Position numbers and translations under genes: made by a program
The notes under the pieces: model-generated
Databases searched by the model: none
Told to the model about the DNA's origin: nothing
Seen by the model: only the letters and a program-made list of their open reading frames with translations
In this document: positions 22,011 through 31,220 of the stretch, in pieces
Position numbering within the stretch: position 1 is the first letter of the stretch
How the letters are laid out: the number at the start of each line of letters is the position of its first letter
Source: an uncultured Candidatus Binatia bacterium
Lineage (GTDB): Bacteria > Desulfobacterota > Binatia > UBA9968 > JAJDTQ01
Direction: 5' to 3'
Length of the DNA: 64,000 bases
NCBI GenBank assembly: GCA_965213675.1
Contig: OZ243916.1
Location: 2,272,001 to 2,336,000, forward strand

Positions 22011-23399
22011 ATGCGGGACCTTGGCGTCATCGTCCTGGCCGCCGGCCAAGGCAAGCGGATGCGATCCACCGTGCCCAAGGTGCTGCATTCCCTGGGCGGC
22101 AGGCCGTTGCTGGCCCATGTGCTGGAAGCGTGCGCCGGGCTTGAGCCGGACGTGGTGCGCGTCGTGGTGGGACACGGGTTCGAGCGCATCCACACAGCCT
22201 TTCCGGACATGGACCCGGCCACCTGGGTGCTCCAGCCCGAGCCATTGGGCACCGGCCATGCCGCCCGTTGCGCAACCGGGGCGCTGGGCGGCTTCCGCGG
22301 CGACCTGCTCATTCTCAACGGCGACGTGCCGCTGTTGTCGCGCCAGAGCCTTTTTCGCATGTTGGCGGCGCACCGATCCGGCGGCCACGACCTGACCTTG
22401 GCCGTGGCCACGATGTCGGACCCCGCGGGCTACGGCCGCGTCCTGCGCGACCCCGGCGGCCACATCACCGGGGTGGTGGAAGAGCGCGACGCCAACAAGA
22501 CGCAACGGGCCCTTCAGGAAATCAACGTCGGCATCTACCTGGCATCGGGCGATTTCCTGGGCGCGGCTCTCGCGTCCCTGGACAACCGCAACGACCAGGG
22601 AGAATACTATCTCCCGGACATCACTGGCTTCGCCGCGCAGACGGAGTCCCGCATCGGCAGCGTGACCCTTGACGATGCGCGTGAATTCCGCGGCGTGAAC
22701 AACCGGGAGGAACTCGCCTGGATGGAAAAGGCATTGCAGCGGGACATCAACCGCAAGTGGATGGAGCGTGGCGTCACTCTGAAGGACCCGGACAGCACCT
22801 ACATCGACGCCGAGGCCGTCATCGGCGCGGACACGTTCATCGGCCCCAACAGCCACCTGCTGGGCCGCACCGTGGTGGGCGCCGGCTGCCGGATCGATGG
22901 CAACGCCTACCTCACCCGCGCGCGTCTCGCCGACGCGGTCCATTTGCGCTTCTCGGTGGTGCTGGAGGACTGCGACGTCGGGGAGGGAGTGAGCATCGGC
23001 CCGTTCGCGCACCTGCGCCCCGGCGCCGACTTGAAACGTGACGTCCACATCGGCAACTTCGTGGAAGTGAAGAACTCGACGGTGGGGGAAGGCACCAAGG
23101 CCAGTCACCTGAGCTACATCGGCGACACCGATCTCGGACGGGAGTCCAACATCGGCGCCGGCGCCATTACCTGCAACTACGACGGCTTCGCCAAGCATCG
23201 CACCACCATCGGCGACCGCGTACAGGTGGGCAGCGACACCCAGCTTGTGGCCCCGGTGACGGTGGGCGACGACGCCTACATCGGCGCCGGGTCCACCATT
23301 ACCCGGGACGTACCCGCTGGCGCCCTGGCAGTGAGCCGCACCCCCCAGCAGCACAAAGAGGGGTGGGTGGCCAGTTTCCGTGCGAGGAAGAGCAAGTAG
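22011..23399 (+). CDS. glmU: Bifunctional GlmU
   Basis: LAAGQGKRM, LGTGHA, GYGR, EYYL, GPFAHLRP, GNFVEVK, HLSYIGD, NYDG. Confidence 0.97.
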   Translation: MRDLGVIVLAAGQGKRMRSTVPKVLHSLGGRPLLAHVLEACAGLEPDVVRVVVGHGFERIHTAFPDMDPATWVLQPEPLGTGHAARCATGALGGFRGDLLILNGDVPLLSRQSLFRMLAAHRSGGHDLTLAVATMSDPAGYGRVLRDPGGHITGVVEERDANKTQRALQEINVGIYLASGDFLGAALASLDNRNDQGEYYLPDITGFAAQTESRIGSVTLDDAREFRGVNNREELAWMEKALQRDINRKWMERGVTLKDPDSTYIDAEAVIGADTFIGPNSHLLGRTVVGAGCRIDGNAYLTRARLADAVHLRFSVVLEDCDVGEGVSIGPFAHLRPGADLKRDVHIGNFVEVKNSTVGEGTKASHLSYIGDTDLGRESNIGAGAITCNYDGFAKHRTTIGDRVQVGSDTQLVAPVTVGDDAYIGAGSTITRDVPAGALAVSRTPQQHKEGWVASFRARKSK

Positions 23400-23491
23400 A
23401 GGAATGGCAGCGACATCGCAATGTGCCATTCCAGCGGAACAGACTGTGTCAACACTCATCTTGGCCAAGAGATGGCACCGCCCTCCGAATC

Positions 23492-23718
23492 GTCATTCCC
23501 ACGAAAGCGGGAATGCAGGCGGGGTGAGGCGGAGAAACACGCCGTTTTGCCCCACGCCACCCCTGGATTCCCGCTTTCGCGGGAATGACATGGATGCGGG
23601 TTCTGCGGAAAGCTGACCGCTCATGTGTGACATCGCCGGATGTATCCGCAGACGTGACGCCGCCCCCGTGCTCATTTGCCCCACGCCTCCCATGGATTCC
23701 CGCTTTCGCGGGAATGAC
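23492..23718. repeat. REP/RPE-like palindromes GTCATTCCCGCGAAAGCGGGAATCCA (3 copies)
   Basis: Copies at 23492-23517 (+), 23564-23589 (-) and 23693-23718 (-); related copies at 30150-30175 and 43596-43621. Confidence 0.85.
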
Positions 23719-23803
23719 GTGGATACGGGGTCTGCGGAAAGCTGACCGCTCATGTGTGGCATCGTCGGATATATCGGCGGGCGCGACGCCGCCCCCGTGC
23801 TCA
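23546..23803 (+). repeat. 129-bp tandem duplication including the glmS start
   Basis: Units begin 23546 and 23675; ATGTGTGACATCGCCGGA (23623) vs ATGTGTGGCATCGTCGGA (23752). Confidence 0.85.
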
Positions 23804-25575
23804 TCGACAGCCTGAGGAAGCTGGAATACCGGGGCTACGACTCGGCCGGTATCGCGGTGTTGAACGGCGGCGGGATCGCGCTGCGTCGCGCGGAGGGCAA
23901 GCTCGCCCGGCTCGAGACGCTTCTCGCCAGCGCCCCCATCGACGGGCATGCCGGCGTCGGCCACACCCGATGGGCCACCCACGGCGGACCCTCCGAGGCC
24001 AACGCCCACCCGCACCGGGCAGGCGACACGGTGGTGGTGCACAACGGCATCATCGAGAACTACCTGGAGCTCAGGCAGGCCCTGCTCGGGCGCGGCGCGG
24101 CGCTGACCTCGGATACGGACACCGAGCTGGTCGCCCACCTGGTCGAGGAAAAGACCGCGCGGGGAATGGACCTGCTCGACGCGGTGCGTGGGACCATCCG
24201 GGAAATCCACGGTTCTTACGCTCTGGTGTTCCTCAGCCAGCGCGAGCCACAACGGCTCATCGTCGCCAAGAACGCCTCGCCCATCGTCGTGGGCGCGGGC
24301 GACGGCGAGACCTTCATCGCCTCGGACATCCCGGCTCTGCTGGAGTACACGCGTAACGTCGCCTTCCTGGAAGACGGCGAGATCGCCGAGGTCCGGGTCG
24401 ACGGATTCCGCATCCTCGACTCCAGGGCGCGCACGGTCGCCCGTCCCACCAAGCGGATCACCTGGGACGCCGTGGCCGCCCAGAAGGGCGGCTACCGCCA
24501 CTTCATGCTGAAGGAAATCCACGAGCAGCCCCAGGCCGTCACCGATACCCTGCGCGGGCGCATCGCCCTCGAATCCGGCGCCGTCGAGGTGGCCGAACTG
24601 AACCTCACCGAGGACCAGTTGGCGCGTACGCGCAAGATCCACCTGGTGGGCTGCGGCACGGCGTGGCACGCCGCGTTGGTGGGCAAGTTCCTGATCGAGG
24701 AGCTGGCGCGGATCCCGGCCGAGGTGGACTACGGCTCGGAATTTCGCCACCGCACCCCGCTCCTGGGAGCGGATTCGCTGCTCGTGCCAGTGAGCCAGTC
24801 CGGCGAGACCGCGGACACCCTGGCGTCCCTGGAGGTAGGGCGGCGGCAGGGCGCCCGCGCCGTTTCGATCTGCAACGTGGTGGACTCGTCCCTCGCGCGC
24901 AAGTCCGACGGCGTCTTCTACACCCACGCGGGCCCGGAAATCAGCGTGGCCAGCACCAAGGCCTTCACCACCCAACTCACCGCGCTGTACCTGCTGGCCG
25001 TCCGGTTGGGACGCCGCAACGGCCAGATCACGCCCGGAGAGGCGACACGGCTCCTGGAAGACGCCATGCGGCTACCCGGCTGGCTCGAAGCGGCGCTCAA
25101 GCTTGAAGAATCCGTCGCCGAGCTGGCCCACGGGCTGAGTCACGCGAACGACATGCTCTACCTGGGCCGGGGCATCAATTACCCCATCGCCCTGGAAGGG
25201 GCGCTCAAGCTGAAGGAAATCTCCTATATCCACGCCGAGGGGTATCCCGCGGGGGAGATGAAGCACGGGCCCATCGCGCTCATCGACGAAGACATGCCGG
25301 TGGTGATGATCCTGCCCAAGGATCACCACTACCCCAAGACGCTGGGCAACCTCAAAGAAGTGGAAGCGCGGGGCGGCAAACTCATCATCGTCACCGACGA
25401 ACCCGACGCCACTCTGCGGCCCGAGTCCACCCTCGTGATCCCCAAGGTCCCCTACCATCTGGCGCCAGTCGTGCTGACCATTCCCATGCAGCTCCTGGCC
25501 TATCACATCGCGGTGCAGCGCGGCACCGACGTGGACCAGCCGCGGAACCTCGCCAAGAGTGTCACGGTGGAGTGA
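23752..25575 (+). CDS. glmS: Glutamine-fructose-6-phosphate aminotransferase
   Basis: MCGIVG, LEYRGYDSAG, GHTRWATHG, SQSGETAD, QPRNLAKSVTVE. Confidence 0.98.
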   Translation: MCGIVGYIGGRDAAPVLIDSLRKLEYRGYDSAGIAVLNGGGIALRRAEGKLARLETLLASAPIDGHAGVGHTRWATHGGPSEANAHPHRAGDTVVVHNGIIENYLELRQALLGRGAALTSDTDTELVAHLVEEKTARGMDLLDAVRGTIREIHGSYALVFLSQREPQRLIVAKNASPIVVGAGDGETFIASDIPALLEYTRNVAFLEDGEIAEVRVDGFRILDSRARTVARPTKRITWDAVAAQKGGYRHFMLKEIHEQPQAVTDTLRGRIALESGAVEVAELNLTEDQLARTRKIHLVGCGTAWHAALVGKFLIEELARIPAEVDYGSEFRHRTPLLGADSLLVPVSQSGETADTLASLEVGRRQGARAVSICNVVDSSLARKSDGVFYTHAGPEISVASTKAFTTQLTALYLLAVRLGRRNGQITPGEATRLLEDAMRLPGWLEAALKLEESVAELAHGLSHANDMLYLGRGINYPIALEGALKLKEISYIHAEGYPAGEMKHGPIALIDEDMPVVMILPKDHHYPKTLGNLKEVEARGGKLIIVTDEPDATLRPESTLVIPKVPYHLAPVVLTIPMQLLAYHIAVQRGTDVDQPRNLAKSVTVE

Positions 25576-25606
25576 CGCGGCGCGGCCCGCGATGCCAGAC
25601 ACCACA

Positions 25607-26257
25607 CTAGCCCACCGTGGCATCGTCGTCGGGCGGGCCGGCGACCTCCGCTCCTGCCCGCGCCACGCCCTTGAACCCGCGGGCCACCACGTAGACCTCG
25701 GACGAGCCCTTGCGCGTGGCCACGGCACGGACGCGTTGCACGCTCCGAAATGCCTCCGACATGGCTTTCAAAAGCGTTTCCAGCTCGACCCCGGTGAAGG
25801 TCTTGAAGAGAAACGCCCCGCGCGGCTTCAGGATGGCCTGGGCCACGTCATGGGCCTTGGCGGCAAGATCAAGAGCGCGCCGGAGATCGGCATCGCGGAT
25901 GCCGGACAAACGCGGCGCCATGTCGGAGAGAACACAGTCCACCGCTCCGCCGGCCGCGTCGCGGATGCGCGCCGCCGCATCCCCCGCCAGCACGTCCAGC
26001 TCGAAGGCGGCGGCATTGTTCGCGGACAGCGGCTGGATCCGCTGCAGGTCGAAGCCCAGCACCCTTCCGCGCGCGCCCACCCGCTGCGCCGCCACCTGGA
26101 GCCACCCGCCGGGCGCCGCTCCCAGGTCCACGACGACGTGGCCGTCGCGAATCACTCCGAAGCGCTGGTTGATCTCCAGTAGTTTGTACGCCGCGCGCGA
26201 GCGGTAACCCTCGCGCCGGGCCTTGCGGAAGAACCCGTCCTGGGGACGATACGGCAT
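25607..26257 (-). CDS. rlmE: 23S rRNA Um2552 methyltransferase RlmE/FtsJ
   Basis: GYRSRAAYKL, VVDLGAAPGGW, VLSDMAP, SSEVY. Confidence 0.95.
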   Translation of the reverse strand: MPYRPQDGFFRKARREGYRSRAAYKLLEINQRFGVIRDGHVVVDLGAAPGGWLQVAAQRVGARGRVLGFDLQRIQPLSANNAAAFELDVLAGDAAARIRDAAGGAVDCVLSDMAPRLSGIRDADLRRALDLAAKAHDVAQAILKPRGAFLFKTFTGVELETLLKAMSEAFRSVQRVRAVATRKGSSEVYVVARGFKGVARAGAEVAGPPDDDATVG

Positions 26258-26533
26258 GAGTTGACGAACCCTTGAAACTTAGCGCCGCAATGCCGGGCGC
26301 TCTCTGATGGACCGGCGTACATTTCCATATCCTTGTCATCGCTCGTTGGCAAGTCGTATCCGAACGCCACGGCGCCGGGCCGGGCGCGGAGGATGCCGCG
26401 GAGAACCACCGACATGCCAGCCTGCAGGTTGCTCGATTGCGCACGAGCCATACCTGTCGTGTAATGCAACACCCGTGACACTTGACGAGACCGCGCAAGC
26501 AATGTTAATGGCGAATGCATGGACCGACAGCGC

Positions 26534-28588
26534 ATGAGTACGGATATAGTGCGTTCAATATCGGCAATGGTCATCGGTCTCGTGTTGTGGACAGGCCATG
26601 CCGGTGCGATGGACCTGAGTTCGGGAGAGGTCGAGGCCAGTTTCGATACCACGGTCTCCTACGGCGTCACATTTCGGGTTGCCGAGCGCGACGAGCAATT
26701 GAGCGCCGCGGCCAACGACAACGACGGCAACCTCAACTACGAACGCGGCGTCGCAGGCAACGCCACCAAATTCACCAGCGAACTCGATGTCGGCTACCGC
26801 AACTTTGGAATGTTCGTTCGCGCCAGCGGGCTATACGACATCGAGAACGAGGACGGCGACCGGGAACGCACGCCCCTGTCGGCGGACGCCAAGCGACTGA
26901 TCGGGAAAGACATCAACCTGCTTGATGCCTACGTTTCCGGAACGTTTGATATCGGCGACGCTGGTCTGGACGTGCGTATTGGCAAGCACGTGCTCAACTG
27001 GGGCGAGAGCACGTTCATCCAGAATGGCATCAACGCCGTCAATCCGTTCGACGTGAGCAAGCTCCGGGTTCCGGGAGCGGAATTGCGCGAGGCGTTGCTG
27101 GCGGTGCCGCTGGTTTCGGCATCCGTAGCGCCCACGGCCAACCTCTCCATGGAGAGCTTCTACCAGATCGCTTGGGAGAAGACCGAGATCGACCCGGTAG
27201 GCAGCTACTTCTCGGTCACCGACTATGTCGGTCCCGGCGCGCACAAGGCCGTGATCACCCTCCCCGGACTGGACCTTGGTGACATGGGATTGACCGCCGG
27301 CCACAATCCCTTCGCCATCTTTGCCGGCACTTCCGTGGCCGGCGCCTTCAGCCCCGTCACCCAGCCCGATCCCGACTTTCTCATCGCGCCCCGCAAAGCC
27401 GACCGCGAGCCTCGCGATTCCGGTCAATGGGGATTCGCGTTCCACTACCTCGCGGAGAATCTGAACAACACCGAGTTCGGTTTCTATTTCATGAACTACC
27501 ACAGCCGCCTGCCGGTGGTGAACGCGCACACCGGAACCGCGGCGGACGCAGGGAAAGGCTTGGCCGCGGGCGGGGCCATCAGCGCCGCCGGGCCAACGGC
27601 CGTCGGGGAGATCGTCGGTGGCGCCGTCCAGCAGGCCTTGGCTCAAGCTCGCTGTCCTTCGCCGAGTCACAGCCCGGATTGCGCCGCCCTGGCGAGCGCT
27701 GTGCAAGCGGAAACGACAGCCAGGGCGAGCGCCCTCGCCGGAGCCGCCGGCCAGGCCGCCAGCATCGACGCCTACGCAGACAGTGGCCACTACTTCCTCC
27801 AGTATCCAGAGGACATCCAGCTCTACGGCATCAGCTTCAACACGACGCTCGGCGCCATCGGGTGGGCTTTGCAAGGCGAATATGCCTATCGCCGCGACGC
27901 GCCGCTGCAGTTCGCCGAACGCAAGGTGTTCGCCGATGCCCTTGTACCGTTCACCGGACTGCCGGGATGTATCGGACAGGCGGTACAGAGCGGCGTCCCG
28001 CCGGATCAGGCGGGTCCGCAATGCATCGGCCAGAATGCCATGCGCGGCCTGTACGACGCCGACACCACCGGTTTTGTGCGGCGCGACGTGAGCCAGGCCC
28101 AGGCCACCGCCACCAAGGTCTTCGGACCGTTGCTGGGGGCGGATGGGGGCGCGTTCGTCGCGGAAGTGGCGGTGATGCACGTACACGACATGCCGCCCGG
28201 CAACGGCGTGGCAACCGCCGATTTGACCGCGCGCGACATGCCGCTGGAGAGCACCGCCGGCTCGGTCGGGGCAAATCCGATGGGAGACGACTTGAGCGAC
28301 GCCGACGCCACCTCCTGGGGTTACCGGTTGGCCGCTCGGCTGGACTACAACGGCGCCATCGGAGCGGTGAACCTGTTCCCGTATACACGGTTCGGGCATG
28401 ACGTCGGCGGCAACAGCCCTGCGCCCAGCGGTCCGTTCGTGGAAGGCCGGACCGCCCTCACCTTCGGCCTTGCCGCCGACTATCTCAGCCGCTGGCAGTT
28501 CGATCTCGGCTACACCCTCTTTGCCGGCAAAAGGAACACATTGAGGGACCGCGACTTCCTTGCCGCGACCGTGAAATACTCCTTCTAG
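26534..28588 (+). CDS. DUF1302-family outer-membrane beta-barrel protein
   Basis: Signal peptide; NDNDGNLNY, NWGESTFIQNGIN, NYHSRLP, YPEDI, C-terminal DRDF...KYSF. Confidence 0.88.
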   Translation: MSTDIVRSISAMVIGLVLWTGHAGAMDLSSGEVEASFDTTVSYGVTFRVAERDEQLSAAANDNDGNLNYERGVAGNATKFTSELDVGYRNFGMFVRASGLYDIENEDGDRERTPLSADAKRLIGKDINLLDAYVSGTFDIGDAGLDVRIGKHVLNWGESTFIQNGINAVNPFDVSKLRVPGAELREALLAVPLVSASVAPTANLSMESFYQIAWEKTEIDPVGSYFSVTDYVGPGAHKAVITLPGLDLGDMGLTAGHNPFAIFAGTSVAGAFSPVTQPDPDFLIAPRKADREPRDSGQWGFAFHYLAENLNNTEFGFYFMNYHSRLPVVNAHTGTAADAGKGLAAGGAISAAGPTAVGEIVGGAVQQALAQARCPSPSHSPDCAALASAVQAETTARASALAGAAGQAASIDAYADSGHYFLQYPEDIQLYGISFNTTLGAIGWALQGEYAYRRDAPLQFAERKVFADALVPFTGLPGCIGQAVQSGVPPDQAGPQCIGQNAMRGLYDADTTGFVRRDVSQAQATATKVFGPLLGADGGAFVAEVAVMHVHDMPPGNGVATADLTARDMPLESTAGSVGANPMGDDLSDADATSWGYRLAARLDYNGAIGAVNLFPYTRFGHDVGGNSPAPSGPFVEGRTALTFGLAADYLSRWQFDLGYTLFAGKRNTLRDRDFLAATVKYSF

Positions 28589-28771
28589 CGTTGCGCTTCA
28601 TGAATACGTTCAGAAAGAGGCGCAGGAATCCTTGTCGCCGGCGTGGCGCGACGACTTGCGGGAGCGACCGGCGGCCGCCTGTGGCGGGTACCACGCGAGG
28701 AAAAACAACGCAGCCGACGACGAAATGGACAAGCATTGATGTCCTGTCTGGTTCATTCGAGGCGCCATGCA
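28585..28771. mobile_element. MITE-like element, diverged copy
   Basis: Begins at CTAG in the DUF1302 stop; core GCGAGGAAAAACAACGCAGCCGACGACGAAA shared with the 43041 and 48641 copies. Confidence 0.55.
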
Positions 28772-28772
28772 T

Positions 28773-30134
28773 ATGAAAGCATTTACGATTCGATTGGCCA
28801 CCGCGCTTCTCCTGACCTGTGCGCTCGCCGCTCCCGTTTCCGCTGAACTTGCCGCGGACGACGTCGCGCGCCTCGGCAAGGACCTGACCCCCCTCGGGGG
28901 CGAACGAGCCGGCAATGCCGGCGGCACCATCCCCGAGTGGAGCGGGGGCATCACCAAGCCACCGCAAGGCTACCAGCCCGGTGAGCACCATCGTGATCCG
29001 TACGCGGCCGACAAGCCGCTTTTCGTCATCGACGCGTCCAATGTCGACAAGTATCGGGACAGGCTCACCACCGGGCACCAGCGCATGCTGGAGCTCTATC
29101 CGAGCTTCAAGCTGACGGTCTACCCGACCCGGCGCAGCGCCTCGGTACCGCAGCGCATCTACGACGCCACCCGCAGGATCGCCGCGGTCACCCGGCTGGT
29201 GGACGACGGCAACGGCGTGGACGGCGCTGTCATCGGCATTCCGTTTCCCATTCCCAAGAACGGGCAGGAGGTGATCTGGAACCACCTGCTGCGCTACCGC
29301 GGCGAAGCGGTGTCGTGCACGCTGGGACAGGCGGCGGTGACGCGCGGCGGCAGCTACACCCTCGTCAAGTACGCGGTGGACGTGAGCGTGCGCTACTCGT
29401 TGCCGGGCATGACCGTCGAGAAGCTCGGCAACACCATGATCCTTTTCAAACAGCGGGTGACCGCGCCCGCGCGGCTGGCGGGAGACATCGTGCTGGTGCA
29501 CGAGACCATGAACCAGGCGCAGGAGCCGCGCAGCGCCTGGACCTACAACCCGGGTCAACGGCGTGTGCGGCGCGCGCCCAACATCGCTTACGACAATCCC
29601 GGCACCACCTCGGACGGGCTGCGCACCGCAGACCAGTTCGACATGTTCAACGGCGCCATCGACCGCTATGACTGGAAGCTCGTGGGCAAACGCGAGATGA
29701 TCGTGCCCTACAACGCCTACCGGGCGCACAGCGACAGGCTCTCCTTCAGCGACATCATCCGGCCACTACATGCCAACCCGGAGCATATGCGCTACGAGTT
29801 GCACCGGGTATGGATCGTGGACGCCACGCTCAAGGAAGGCGCAAGCCACATCTACAAGCGCCGGACCTTCTACATCGACGAGGACTCGTGGCAGATTCTG
29901 CTGGTGGACATCTACGACAACCGCGACCAGCTCTGGCGCGTGTCCGAGGGGCACGTCATCAACTTCTACGAGAAGCCGCTGATATGGCCCACGCTGGAGA
30001 TCCATCACGACCTGCAAGCCGGACGCTACCTCGCCCTTGGACTCGACAACGAGTTTCCCATGTGCACCTACGACATCACGTTCAAGGAGAGGGACTTCAA
30101 GCCGTCATCCCTGCGTCGCGCGGGAAGGCGGTGA
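28773..30134 (+). CDS. DUF1329-family periplasmic protein (LolA-like fold family)
   Basis: LTPLGGERAGN, PFPIPKNGQE, YNPGQRRVRRAP, RYELHRVW, DEDSWQI. Confidence 0.9.
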   Translation: MKAFTIRLATALLLTCALAAPVSAELAADDVARLGKDLTPLGGERAGNAGGTIPEWSGGITKPPQGYQPGEHHRDPYAADKPLFVIDASNVDKYRDRLTTGHQRMLELYPSFKLTVYPTRRSASVPQRIYDATRRIAAVTRLVDDGNGVDGAVIGIPFPIPKNGQEVIWNHLLRYRGEAVSCTLGQAAVTRGGSYTLVKYAVDVSVRYSLPGMTVEKLGNTMILFKQRVTAPARLAGDIVLVHETMNQAQEPRSAWTYNPGQRRVRRAPNIAYDNPGTTSDGLRTADQFDMFNGAIDRYDWKLVGKREMIVPYNAYRAHSDRLSFSDIIRPLHANPEHMRYELHRVWIVDATLKEGASHIYKRRTFYIDEDSWQILLVDIYDNRDQLWRVSEGHVINFYEKPLIWPTLEIHHDLQAGRYLALGLDNEFPMCTYDITFKERDFKPSSLRRAGRR

Positions 30135-30209
30135 TATGGTTGCCACCCCTGGGTTACCGCTTCCGCAGGAATGACGATGCGGGGGCCCGTGCCCACGCGT
30201 TCCGGGATC

Positions 30210-31214
30210 ATGAAAGAACTCCGCCAGCGTCTGTCCCTGCTTCGCGATCGCATACATCATCTCCGTTGCAGCCCGGGGGCCCTGCTGCCGGCTCTGTTCC
30301 TGTGCCTGACCGCTCACGCCGCCGGTGACACCAAACCAGCCGTCCAGGCGCCCTTGGCCGAGACCACCCTGCTGCTGGACGCGGCCGCCGCCGGTGACCG
30401 CGTCATCGCGGTGGGCCAGCGCGGCCATATCCTCGTCTCCCGCAACGGCGCGGATTGGCAACAGGCCCAGGTGCCCGTGCGCGCGCTGCTCACCGCGGTG
30501 CACATGCACGACGCGGCCACCGGCTGGGCGGTGGGGCACGATGCGGTGATCCTCCGCACCGATGACGCCGGCGACACCTGGCGGCTGGCGCACCGGGCGC
30601 CGGAGGAAGAGCTGCCCCTGCTGGACGTCTGGTTCCGGGACAAGGAGACGGGATTTGCCGTGGGCGCCTACGGCTATTTCCTGGCCACCCGGGACGGCGG
30701 CGCCACATGGGTCGCCCGCGCCATCAGCGCGGACGACTTTCACCTGAACGAGATCGTGCCCGCGGGTCCGCGGCGGCTCTTCATCGCCGCCGAAGCCGGC
30801 GTCGTATACCGGTCCGACGACGATGGCGCCACATGGCGCGAGACGCCCTCGCCCTACACCGGCTCCTGGTACGGCGCGCTGGCGCTCGACGCGGACCAGC
30901 TCCTCCTCTTCGGGCTCCGCGGCCATCTCTTCCGCTCCGAGGACGCGGGCGAGGGCTGGACGCGGGTGACCACTCACACCAATGCGACCCTCACGGACGC
31001 CATCCGGTTGCAATCCGGCGACGTGGTCTTCACCGGGCTCGAAGGCATCATCCTCACCAGCCGGGACAACGGCCGCAGCGTATCCGCCGCGCGTCTGCGC
31101 TCGCGCCAGGGCATCACGTCGGCGCTGGCGCTGCCCGACGGCGACGTACTGTTGACCGGCGAGTTCGGCGTCCAGCGCCTTTCCCGCCTGGACCCGATCC
31201 CCAGTTCCGAATAG
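30210..31214 (+). CDS. YCF48-like/BNR-repeat beta-propeller protein
   Basis: AVGQRGHIL, WAVGHDAVILRTDD.G.TW, repeated SxDxGxxW; start uncertain. Confidence 0.87.
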   Translation: MKELRQRLSLLRDRIHHLRCSPGALLPALFLCLTAHAAGDTKPAVQAPLAETTLLLDAAAAGDRVIAVGQRGHILVSRNGADWQQAQVPVRALLTAVHMHDAATGWAVGHDAVILRTDDAGDTWRLAHRAPEEELPLLDVWFRDKETGFAVGAYGYFLATRDGGATWVARAISADDFHLNEIVPAGPRRLFIAAEAGVVYRSDDDGATWRETPSPYTGSWYGALALDADQLLLFGLRGHLFRSEDAGEGWTRVTTHTNATLTDAIRLQSGDVVFTGLEGIILTSRDNGRSVSAARLRSRQGITSALALPDGDVLLTGEFGVQRLSRLDPIPSSE

Positions 31215-31220
31215 CCATCC

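Noticed and set aside
23492-23803. Possible CRISPR array or glmS ribozyme
   Set aside because: The inter-repeat sequences are homologous to each other rather than unique spacers; no glmS ribozyme core recognised.
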